Shown: piece by piece, positions 24,208-36,600 of the stretch | How positions within the stretch are numbered: position 1 is the first letter of the stretch | Layout: every line of letters begins with the position of its first letter | Assembly (NCBI GenBank): GCA_949358305.1 | Contig: OX442314.1 | Span: forward strand, 31,000,001-31,064,000 | DNA length: 64,000 bases | DNA from: Strigamia acuminata | Lineage: Eukaryota | Direction of reading: 5' to 3' | Program-made: the position numbers and the translations under genes | Notes under the pieces: model-generated | Databases searched by the model: none | Told to the model about the DNA's origin: nothing | What the model saw: only the letters and a program-made list of their open reading frames with translations

Positions 24208-25577
24208 CCAGTACAACAACAAAAAAGACGACAACAACACCCATAGCATCAACAACTCCAATTTCGTCTCAACCGGTCGAAGACTTTGACGAGATCGAAG
24301 CGTCATTCGTTGACGGCATATTTGGTTTGCGGCTCCCGACAGACTTCGACACAGACGGCGAAATAGACACAAAAACTACACCAAAACCAATCAAAACTGC
24401 AAAAACATTGGCAACCAAACAACCGAGCAAGCAAAGCAGATTCCCGACTACTACCGTCGGGTTATCCGAGGCTACGAAACCGAAAAACCAAAAGACGAAA
24501 CCGTTTGCCGAGCACGAGCGCGACAACACGCGAGACAACACGATCGGGCGACTGCAGCACAGCGAATCGGTTTTGATTCTCAGCACGACGCCGTACCCTC
24601 GAATCCGTCCGAATTGGCACCGACGGAACCAAACTCGACCCACCACCGTGATAACCAACACGCAAATATCGGCCCTGGACGAAATGGTCATGAAATACCT
24701 AACGTCGACCACCCGCGCGTCCAAACTGACCGACGATTTTGACGCTTTCATTCTGACCGATCCGTTCGACACGAACAAAATCAAAACGAGCACCGCGGAG
24801 CCCAAAATGGACCCTGAGATCATCCCCGGTTACTTCACCGACGTTACCACGAAAGCGGAAAGCGTCACGCGACCCTCCAAAGTGACCACCATTTTGACCA
24901 GCGGTCAGTTTCCGGTCATAGAAAAAGTGAACAACTTCAAATCGTCGCAAGCCGTTGGCGGGAATAACCTCGGGTTCCACCTACCGCCCAGTTTTTGGCC
25001 CACTCGGTACGCGCTGACCACAACGCCGACGTTGCAAGCGCCGAAACGACAACGGTTGTTGTTTTCGTCCAAGAGGAGACTCTCCGGTCAACATCGGCAG
25101 TCGCGGCGGTCCACGTACGATTACGGGTCGGTCACTTCGCCGAGTTTGATCGAGGACGACGTCACGGACACGTTGGTCAAGTTCGGGGTCCGTCTCGCGC
25201 GGTCGAAACGCGAGGAGAAGTCGCCGGCGGTTGTCAATCCGTTCCCGGAACACGTTGCGACGTACCAGCATCCGTTTTTCGGCCACGTCGGCGTGTTGTT
25301 CAATAAGACGTCGGGGACGTTGCAGATGGAGTACGGGTTTTACGGGAAGGCGCATCTGTTGCCGTACGTGCAGAGCAATACGTTTTTGCTGCGATTTTTC
25401 AGCGCCGTTTGGTACGTGTCGGAAAGCGACGACAGCAGACGGCTACCGAGGAGTGTTTTCATGGTCCATTTCAAGGGGGGTTCGTCGGACGGGCGACCGG
25501 AACGATTTATTGTGCCTTTCTTCGATCCCCGATTGCCGCCTACGTTCGTTAGGGTTAGGTCTTCGGATAGGAAATAG
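23489..25577 (+). pseudogene. Mucin-like/DUF3471-like ORF, copy 4, frameshifted near the 5' end
   Basis: The ATG frame stops at 23698 after indels at ~23640-23700. The rest (23709-25577) encodes the same protein as copy 3. Confidence 0.75.
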
Positions 25578-25801
25578 AAGTTGGAGTGTTTGAGTATAAT
25601 TATAGCGTTTTCTTGCTTTCTTTTTCACTACATTTTAATTGTTTTATTACTGTTACGATGGGAAAAAAGGAGCTTAATAATTGCCAAAAAACATTTTTTT
25701 TTTTACTCATTAATTTGAAATGTAAATAAAATAAAATAATTCTCTGATGTTTTTCTTTTTTTTGATGTAGAATTACGATCAAGCAGTCCCGCACTTTGGG
25801 T

Positions 25802-28690
25802 TTAATTAAAATGTGGTTGGTCGACTCTGTTTTGGAGTGTGAGTTTGACTGACGATGGTTGCAATAAACCCTGTCCGCCGGTAATGAACCGTAGTGGAAA
25901 CTGAAATAATAATCCGAGTTTATGATATTTTAATGTGGGAAACTCGAATAATATTTCTTTGCAAACCTGAGTTTCTGCACACGTTTGAAAGCGATAATTA
26001 TACAACATGTGTGCCATGACGAGCTTAGCCTCCAATAAAGCAAATCTCATGGCAATGCAGTTTCTGGGCCCAGCTCCGAATGGGAGATATGTAAAGGGAT
26101 TGCGATTTGCTTTGTTTTCTGGAGAAAACCTAGTTCAAACCAAAACAGAACAAGAAAACACGCATTACAAAGACATATACTCACTTCTATCTTATGAAAA
26201 TACCTTTCAGGATCAAATGTTTGCGGATTGGGATAAAATTCTGGATTGTGATGGATGGCGTAAATAGGAAAACCAATCAACACGTCTTTCTTGATTGTGA
26301 TGCCATTCAAGTTGTATTCATCTTCCACACATTGTCGCTCAGTACTAAAATTCAAGATATATTGTGAGTGGCGGTAGGCGTTTGGACACCATTCATGATT
26401 AAGAACAACACAGAGAACACACAGTTTGGGATTATTATATCCGGTGTTGGCCGGTTGGTTACAATATTTTACTACGTTTAGAATATTCAAATATCTATTA
26501 CTGAACAGCTGGAGGATATTTTCTCAACGTTTCTGACATAACCATGTCCAAAAATTGCATTGACGACACAACATCATATGTAAGTTTCCCCTGTAAAAAT
26601 GCACACACTTACAAGTGTGAGTTAGCCATACACGCAGAAAACCTTTGCTTTATTCAGACATTACTTTGCAATCTGCCATTACATCATCAACTTCTTTGAT
26701 TAGTTTTTCTTGAATGTCTTGGTTTGAGGCAAGTTCATAGGCAAGAAAAGAGAGTGTGTTTGCTGTTGTTTCATGCCCAGCTAGTATAAATAGCACTGCT
26801 TGGGCTATTATAATCTGTCTTGTTAGTGCTGAAATGTTGAAAAAAAAGTTGTTATGATGGAAAGAAAATGTCAGTTAAAAATGATTACTTTTTTTAGTCC
26901 CTGTTTCTGTTTGTTGGTTATCGTTTTCTTCAGTTATGTTGGTTTCATCACTTGGTACTTCGGCTTCTAGCATGATTTGCAGAAAATCCCTTCTTGTGAA
27001 CTAGTTAAAATTATATAACAATAAATATTTCTGAAAATTTAATAGTGAATTTATTTTACGTCTTTATTTTTCAGTCTCATGTCAATTGCCTGACCCGCAA
27101 TTTTTTCAAAGTATTTGAACGGACTCATTAGTATGTATTTTGGTAGGTACTGTATTATGAATGGGAATAAGACTGAAATGTGTACACAAAACTTAGCAGT
27201 TATTATTAAGACAATATTGAAGATTTTAATTATACTTACACATAAAATACACGACTTTGACGTTTGTCCGAAACGCTTTTCGTGCTTGAGAAACAAATTC
27301 ACTTTCTTGGTCTTTAATGCAGTCACTTTTCATTCCAAATGCACAACTTGCAATCACGTCCAGTGTCAATACAGTAAATTTTCTGCAAAAACATCACGAA
27401 ATTTATTTTAGACTCTTGACAAATTTCGTATTTTATTATGAAACCTACTTAGTTAATTCTATTGGTTCCCCATCATCTGCTTTTTCTTTTAAAGACTTGA
27501 CTGAATGTTCGATACATTCTTCTATGAGATGTACCATCTGCAATATACATTTAATATTGTTTACATCCAGAACCACATAGATTATTATTAGTTATTAATA
27601 TAGAAAAAAATTAATTTCTTTAATTTTAGCAGCAACAAATGTTATTAGAGAATCATCTGCACATTTTTTAGTTGAAGAACATCACCGTTACCTGCTTCAA
27701 CTTCCCTGACGTATACGTAGGAGTAAGTGTATTTCGGACCATTTTCCATTTTTCGCCAGTCAGTCCTGTTAACATATTTGATATGATGTTGTTCTTATCC
27801 TTATTTGGAAAGTTTCTTCGGTTTTGAAAGGCGTTAAAATCTTTTACCAACACCTGCCTCATTAAGTCAGGTTCAGATAAGTACAGTATCGGTGCAGTTC
27901 CAACAAAACCTCTGAAAATAATTCATCATCTTAGTGAGAGTTAATGGACGCCATTATGTTTCAAAAATACGTAAATTCTACACATAACTCACCCATGCAC
28001 GTGTCCAAATTTCTTCATAGCATCCATCTCTTGGTCTTGAAAAGACTTAAATAAAATATCAAACATTTTTACAATTTGGATAAGTTATGACCAAAGAATT
28101 GAGAGAAGTACGAGAAAAGCGTTGGCAGACATCGACAACGAGTGCTTTTCGAACTTACATGTATCCAAATTGGTTTGAGTGTTCCAATAATCAAACGCGG
28201 TTTCTCTCCAGCAACACCTTGTTTTTTCCAATAGTCGAAAGTCCTGGTTGAATATCTGAAACAATTTTCAGAGGTGAAGGAAGATGCACTTTCCTGCTAC
28301 ACAAGCAACTACGCTGCCGTCCCAGCAGGCTATCAACAAATGACGTCATTCTTTATCCTCTGACGCTTTTGTTTGTAGGGAAAAACAACGAGAATATACG
28401 TAAAATATGACTAGCCCTCTAATTGTTATCACTGAAGATAAGGCAACAACATTCGTGACTTCAAATCCAAGGTCATCTTTAATGACACTATAATACTTCT
28501 TCTCCTGTTTACATTTTCACTTATTCAGCCTACTTACCCTACTTACAATAAATTGCACGTAATTAGATTATGCAATCGCATTTTCCCTCAGAATGTGTCA
28601 AAATACTTACAAATACCAAGCTGACAGCAATCCAATGACAGCAAGCGGCCAGTATTGACACAAATTCAACATAAACATACACAGGTCCAT
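25802..28690 (-). CDS. CYP3A-like paralog A copy 2
   Basis: Near-identical to 11636-14524 (for example one R/K change in exon 4). Confidence 0.88.
26363..26463. mobile_element. 101-bp solo-LTR-like insertion, duplicated copy
   Basis: Same sequence as 12197-12297. Confidence 0.65.
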
Positions 28691-29238
28691 TGTGGTTGGT
28701 AAATGAAATGGCCCAGTTTGATTTAACCGTGATGATCGGGCCAAGAGCGTTCTTCTGTGCGGTCGGAAACAACTGATTAGAAACCTCAGCGTGACCTCCT
28801 CACCAGTGTGGCATTTCCCAGAGCGGTTGCTCGCAAGGGGGTGTGGAAGTTGCGATGCAATGATTAAAAAACTTTTTATTACATTTGTATTTATATTTTT
28901 ATATTTTATTATTAATTATCCCACATGAAATGTGTTTTTATTACTTTTCTGTTGGAAATAAATCTTCGACAGAATGAGTAGCAAAACTTTTTTGAAACTT
29001 TCTTGAAATTACATTTGTGCAAATATATTTGTGCACAGAGCAATTATTGCAGAATATATTTGTGGATAGGTGATTTGTGCACGAACCTGCATGTTTTCCT
29101 GCGGAATTATTTTGGCGTGCAGAAATCGTGCACGATTTTACATTGGTTTTTATCTACATCAAAAGAAGACGAAAATGTAAAATAAGAATTGACATTTTGT
29201 GTCTTTTTTCGGCGTCTAAACAGTCCTGCACTTTCAGT

Positions 29239-32200
29239 TTAATGAAAATGTGGTTGGTCCACTCTGTTTTGAAGTGTGAGTTTGACCGACTCTGGTTGCA
29301 AAATAATTTGTCCAGCATGGAACCGTAATGGAAACTGAAATAAATCATGTTTATAATTCTTGAATGTGGAAAACTCGAACATTTCTTTGCCAACCTGAGT
29401 TTCTGCACACGTTTGAAAGCGATAATTATACAACAAGTGTGCAATGACAAGCTTAGCCTCCAATAAAGCAAATTTCATGGCAATGCAGTTTCTAGGCCCA
29501 GCTCCGAATGGGAGATACGTAAAGGGATGGCGATTTGCTTTGTTTTCGGGAGAAAACCTAGTTCAAACAAAAATAGCACAAAAAAAACACGTATTACAAA
29601 GATATACTCACTTCTATCTCATGAATATACCTTTCAGGATCAAATGTTTCTGGATTGGGATAAAATTCTGGATTGTGATGGATGGCGTAAATAGGCAAAC
29701 CAATCAACACGCCTTTCTTGATCCTGATGCCATTCAAGTTGTATTCATCTTCCACACATACTCGATCAGTTCTAAAATTAAAAATGTATTACACACACGT
29801 TTTACTACGTTTAGATGATTCAAATATTTGTTACTGAATAGCTGGAGGATATTTTCTCAACGTTTCTGACACTACCATGTCCAAAAATTGCATTGACGAC
29901 ACAACTTCATACGTAAGTTTGCCCTACAAGTGTGAGTTAGTCACACGTGCAGAAAACCTTTCCTATAATCACACATTACTTTGCAATCTGCCATGACATC
30001 GTCAACTTCTTTGATTAGTTTTTCTTGAATGTCTTGGTTTGAGGCAAGCTCGTAAGCAAGAAAAGAGAGTGTGGTTGCTGATGTTTCATGCCCAACTAGT
30101 ATGAATAACACTGTTTGGGCTATTATAATCTGTCTTGTTAGTGCTGAAATGTTGAAAAAAAAGTTGTTATGCTGGCAAGAAAATGTCGGTCAAAAATAAT
30201 TACTTTTTTTAGTCCCTGTTTCTGTTTGTTGGTTATCGTTTTCTTCAGTTATGTTTGTTTCATCACTTGGTACTTCGGCTTCTAGCATGATTTGCAGAAA
30301 ATCCCTTCTTGTAAACTAGTTAAAATTATGTAATAATATATATTTCTGAAAATTTAATAATGAATTTATTTTACGTCTTTATTTTTTAGTCTCATGTCAA
30401 TTGCTTGACCCGCAATTTTTTCAAAGTATTTGAACGGCCCCATTAGTAAGAATTCAGGTAAGAACTGTATTTGGAATGGGAATAAGACTGAAATGTGTAG
30501 ACAAAACCTAGCAGTTATTAAATTAAGATAATATTGTAGATTTTAATTATACTCACACAGTAAGTACATGGCTTTAGGATTTGCCTGAAAAGCTTTTCGT
30601 GCTTGAGAAACAAATTCGCTTTCTTGGTCGTTAATGCAGTCACTTTTCATTCCAAACGCACAACTTGCAATCACATTAAGTGTCAACACAGCAAATCTTC
30701 TGTAAAAATGTCACGAAATTTATTTTAGACTCTTGACAAATTTCGTCTTTTATTACGAAAAACCTACTTAGTAAATTCTATTGGTTCCCCAGTATCTGCT
30801 TTCTCTTTTAAAGAGTTGACTGAATGTTGGATACATTCTTCTATGAGGTGTACCATCTACAATATACTACTCAAACCCAGGTGTAAGTGGTCACCTCGTT
30901 ACAGTGTGTAATCATATGTTTATTTCAAGTTTTTCAAGTTCAGTGTAATAAATAAATAAATTTGCACATGAGGGTTGAAAAATACACTGAATTTACTTTA
31001 ATTCAAAAAAAACAAAACCAAAATAAACAAATAAACAAAAAAGTTATGACTGATTTCAGTTGAGTTATTTGACACAAGTGAAAGTGGTCACTGCACTACT
31101 TGACTCATGTGAAAGTGGTCAAGTCATTTTAATATTTTGTAACATCTTCTTTAGCATTAATTCCTGCCTGAATACGGTCTGACATGGTTTCTATTAGTTC
31201 TTGACAATATTCTGGAGTGATCGAGCCCCACAGGCCAAGTCAAAACCTAAATGTGATCGGTTTGAAAACTGAGCAATTGACTTGACTTTATGTTTAGAAT
31301 CATTTTCCTACTGAAATATCCATTTCAAAGCCAGTTTATCATCTGCAAATGGAAGCATAACAATCCTCCAACACTTTTTTTATAAGTATATTGGTCTGTG
31401 AAACCCTTAATTTAATGTTGTGGACTGATACACATACAGGAAACCATCCCCAAGCCATTTTACTATTGGGATGGCTTGGGGATGGTTTTCTCTATGTGTA
31501 TCGGTTCACAACATTAAATTAAGGGTATCATGGACCAATATACTTATAACAAAGTGTTGAAGGATTGTTATGCTTCAATTTGCAGGTGATAAACTGGCTT
31601 TGAAATGGATATTTCAGTAGGAAAATGATTCTAAACATAAAGTCAAGTCAATTGCTCAGTTTTCAAACCCATCACATTTAAGTTTTGACTTGGCCTGTGG
31701 GGCTCGATCACTCCAGAATATTGTCAAGAACTAATAGAAACCATGTCAGACCGTATTCAGGCAGGAATTAATGCTAAAGATGATGTTACAAAATATTAAA
31801 ATGACTTGACCACTTTCACATGAGTCAAGTAGTGCAGTGACCACTTTCACTTGTGTCAAATAACTCAACTGAAATCAGTCATAACTTTTTTGTTTATTTG
31901 TTTATTTTGGTTTTGTTTTTTTTGAATTAAAGTAAATTCAGTGTATTTTTCAACCCTCATGTGCAAATTTATTTATTTATTACACTAAACCTGAAAAACT
32001 TGAAATAAACATTTGATTACACACTGAAAAGAGGTGACCACTTACACCTGGGTTTGAGTAGTACATTTAATATTGTTTGCATCCAGAACCACATTAGCTA
32101 TTATTAGTTATTATAGAAAAAAATTAATTTCTTTAATTTTAGCAGCAACAAGTGTTATTAGAAAATTATCTGCACATTTTTTAGTTGAAGAACATCTTTG

Positions 32201-33357
32201 GATGATATCAACATTACCTGCTTCAACTTCCCCGATGTAAATGTATGTGTAAGTGTATTCCGGACCATTTTCCATTTGTCGCCCGTCAGTCCCGTTAATA
32301 TATTTGCTAGTACGTTGTTTTTATTTCTAATTGGAAAGTTTCTTCGATTTTGAAAGGCGTGGAAATCTTTTACCAACACCTGCCTCAATAAGTCAGGTTC
32401 AGATAAGTACAGTATTGGTGCAGTTCCAACAAAACCTCTGAAAATAATCCATCATCTTAGCGATAGTAAATCGACGCCATTATGGTTCTAAAATACGTAA
32501 ATTCTACACATAACCTACCCATGCACGTGGCCAAATTTCTTCATAGCATCCATATCTTGGTCTTGAAAAGACTGAAATTAAACATGAAACATTTTTACAA
32601 TTGGCAGACATCGACAAAGCCTGAATAACACAATCCAGTTAAAACGAGTGCTTTACAAACTTACATGTATCCAAATTGGTTTGAGTGTTCCAATAATCAA
32701 ACGCGGTTTCTCTCCTGCAACGCCTTGTTTTCTCCAATAGTCGAAAGTCCTGGTTGAATATCTGAAACAATTTTTAGAGCTTTTAGCAAAAATAATCTTT
32801 GCAACAATAACAGTGACAATGAACTTAGAAGTAAATACAAGTCGAGGGAATAAATGATCACACTGCTTGTAGCATGATACGAATCGTTGGAGATGAGGAA
32901 GACATTACTACAGATGCTAAACACACTTGCCGGAAGTGCTGAAGGAAGATGCACTTTCCTGATACATAAGCAGCTGCACAGCGATCCCAGCAGACTATCA
33001 ACAAGTGACGTCATTCTTTAACCTCCGAGGCTTTTATTTGTTTGGAAAAACAATGAGAATGTTTGCAAAATAGCTCTGAAGATAACATTCGTCGCTTAAG
33101 CTAAAGCCAGACAAACTAAAGTTAATTATCGACATCAACTTTCGTTGCTTATAGTAGGTCACTTTGAATTCAAACTATCTTTAGTGCCACTATTAAATAC
33201 CTCATCTCCTCTTTGCTTGTTAGATTATACATTTATCTCCCTCAGAGAAAAGGTTAAAATGTGTAAAAAATACTTACAAATACCATGCCGATAGCAAACC
33301 AATGATGGCTAACAACCAGTATTGATACAAATTAAATAAAAAACCAGAAGGATCCAT
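29239..33357 (-). CDS. CYP3A-like paralog B copy 2, apparently full-length
   Basis: Exon 1 [28 protein letters not shown]-helix VGHETSA and heme motif [14 protein letters not shown]. Same exon layout as A. Confidence 0.85.
30867..32061. mobile_element. Palindromic (foldback) Tc1/mariner-derived element, 1195 bp
   Basis: Ends CTACTCAAACCCAGG...CCTGGGTTTGAGTAG with a TA duplication (empty site AATATACATT in paralog A). Arms of ~590 bp are inverted about ~31460 and encode decayed WIFQ*ENDSKH and [33 protein letters not shown] (Tc1 C-terminus). Confidence 0.9.
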
Positions 33358-33684
33358 TGTGGTTGGTGAATGTTTGCTTTGAACGTGATCGCAACAAGAG
33401 CTTTCTTCCGTGTGGTCTGAAGAAGCTGATTAGAAATCTCAGAGTAATCTTACAAATGTGGCACGCATTTCCCGGAGCAGGGGGTGTGCAAGTTGCAATA
33501 CAATGCCGGTAATTGAAAAACATTTTGCTCATATTTATATTTAGATTTTTATATTTTATATTTTATTATTTATATGTAATGATTTTTTTTCTTCTCCAAA
33601 TAAATAGATTGCCATGCAGAACACTTTATTTAATTATGGTTAATATATTCACAACTTTCTATAATTTAACATGGCCTTCAGAGT

Positions 33685-36600
33685 TTAATTAAAATGTGGT
33701 TGGTCGACTCTCTTTTGAAGTGTGAGTTTGACCGACTGTGGCTGCAACAAACCTTGTCCAGCATTAAACAGTAATGGAAACTGGAATAATTAATGTTTAA
33801 TTATTTTCTTTAACGTGGGAAACTCGAATATTTCTTTGCAAACCTGAGTTTCTGCACACGTTTGAAAGCGATAATTATATAACATGAGTGCCATGACGAG
33901 CTTGGCCTCCAGTAAAGCAAATCTCATGGCAATGCAGTTTCTGGGCCCAGCCCCGAATGGGAGGTACGTAAAAGGATTGCGATTTGCTTTGTTTTCTGCA
34001 GAAAACCTGTTCTGAAGCAAAATAACACAAGAAAACACATTTTATTAAAGACTTTTATTTTACGAATATACCTTTCAGGATCAAATGTTTGAGGGTTGGG
34101 ATAAAATTCTGGATTGTGATGGATGGCGTAAATAGGGATTCCAACCGCCATGCCTTTTTTCATCGTGATGCCATTCAAGTTGTATTCATCTTCCACACAT
34201 TTTCGATCAGTACTAAAATTCAAGATATGTTTTACTACGTTTAAATGATTCAAACATCTGTTACCGAACAGCTGGTGGGTATTTTCTTAACGTTTCTGAC
34301 ACAGCCATGTCCAAAAATTGCATTGCTGACACAGCTTCGTAAGTAAGTTTGCCCTGCAAGTGTGAGTTAGATACAGAAATACTTTGCAGTGATCAGACAT
34401 TACCTTGCAATCTCCCATTACATCATCCACTTCTTTGATTAGTTTTTCTTGAATGTCTTGGTTGGAGGCAAGCTCGTAAGCAAGAAAGGATAACGTGTTT
34501 GCTGTTGTTTCATGCCCTGCTAGTATAAATAACACTGTTTGGGCTATGACAATATCTCGTGTTAGTGCTGAAATGTCGAAAAAGAAATTATTTTGGAAAC
34601 AGATCAAAATATCAGAATATAAAAAATAATCACTTTTTTTGGCTCCTGTTTGTTGATTTTCATTTTTTTCACTTTTGTTGCTTTCTTCGCTCGGTATTTC
34701 AGCTTCGAGCATAATTTGCAGAAAATCCCTTCTTGTAAACTAGTTGAAACAAACGATTTAATAAATATATTTTGAAAACAATCCCAATTTTATTTTACGT
34801 CTTTATTTTTAAGCCTCATATCGATCGCTTGACCCGCAATTTTCTGAAAGTAGTCGAATGGATTTGGCATCCAGGATTTTGGAATCAACTTTAACAACTT
34901 AAGCAGAATTGGCACCGTGACTAAAACAAGAAAAACAGTCATTTAACACCTAAAAAAGCAAATCAAGGTTTCAGTCGTCTTACGTATGTAATACACAACT
35001 TTTGGATTTGCCTGAAAAGCCTTCTGTGCCTGAACAACAAATTCACTCTTTTGGTTTTTAATGCAATCGCTTTTCATTCCAAAAGCACAACTTGCAATCA
35101 CGTCCAGTGTCAACACGGCAAATGCTCTGCAAATAAATGTCAGACAGTCCACTCAATAGTCCACAGTACACACCTAGTCATTTCCACTGGTTCTCCATCA
35201 TCTGCTTGATCTTTTAAAGAATCTATTGAATTCTGAACACATTCTTCTATGAGGTGAGTCATCTGCAATAATTATTGCGATAATGACACAGGATGACAAA
35301 ATGTTAACATTGGTTTCACCTGTTTCAGCTTCCCTGATGTGTAAGTTGGAGTTAGTGTATTTCGCACCATTTTCCACTTTTCACCCGACATTACTGTTAA
35401 AAATTGTCCTAAGAATTTGTCTTTATCCATATCCGCAATGATAACTCGATTTGGAAATACGTGAAAATCTTTCACCATTATCTGCCTCACCAAGTCAGGT
35501 TCAGAAACGAACAGCACCGGCGCACGACCGACAAAACCCCTGCAAATATATAAATTTAAAAATGAAATCCAAAGGAGGGAAATATCAAAAATCGACACAA
35601 AAATCGTTTTCACTGAAGCCATTCATGTTTCAGACATTCTTTTGCCGAACTCCGACAATTCGGATCAAGTGCTAACATGGGCAGTAAAAAATCAGCAAAT
35701 TGTCGCGTCTCAACGGCATCCCACCCGTACGCCTCACTCAGCACTCGACCGAGCCCGAACGATTTAACGTGAAGAAAGTTCCAAAGTGAACCTTTTTCAT
35801 TGAAAAACCCTCGAGAAAATCTGTTACCGTACGCCAACGGTTTTGGCACAGCGCCCAACAACTCCACCATCATTGCCAGATGATTCTCATCGTCCGACAA
35901 AAACCGACATTCGAAATCGGGCGAAAATAGATAATCACCAGTCGCCAATTCAAACGCCATGCACGCCGTGCTCCAAATATCAGCGGCCGTGCCGTAACCA
36001 ACGTTAAGTATAACTTCGGGAGAGCGATAAGGCCGTGTCTGGATAAGACCCGAGAAGTGGTGGTCCACCCAACACGCATTTCCAAGATCGGCTAACGTCA
36101 CTTTCGATTTGTCATTCACATCCACACAAACATTTTCAGGCTTAATATCCGCGTGAATAATGTTGCACTTCATGTGCAAGAAATCTAACGCTTCCAGCAC
36201 CTGTTTTATAATGCTTTTGACACTGCTCAACGGCATTGCTTTATATCCCGATCGAACGATCGGTTTTAAGAGATTTTCCCCTAAAACGTCGAACACCATG
36301 CAAACGTGCACGCTGTTTTCACCGGAAACCAAGAAACGGTCCAGTAAGTGGACGACTTTGCGATTTTCAGGCGAATCGTAATATTCGGCGCATTTGAGAA
36401 GGTCAATCTCGTCCATCGCTGCTTTCGTGACGATGTGACCATTTCTGAGAAACTTCAGCGCTTTAAATCGCTTCTCGAGTTGGTCCCAGGACAGCCAGAC
36501 GGTGGAGAAGTTGCCCCGTCCGAGTTTGCGAACAATCTTGTATCTGTTATTGTAGGTTTCATTAATTTTCACCGGATAGTAACTACCCAGGCAGTCAGAG

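Larger units (their letters stand above)
23243..30806. repeat. ~7.6-kb segmental duplicate of 9039-16640
   Basis: Near-identical sequence at a 14166-bp offset over most of its length. The two copies abut the two LTR ends. Confidence 0.95.
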
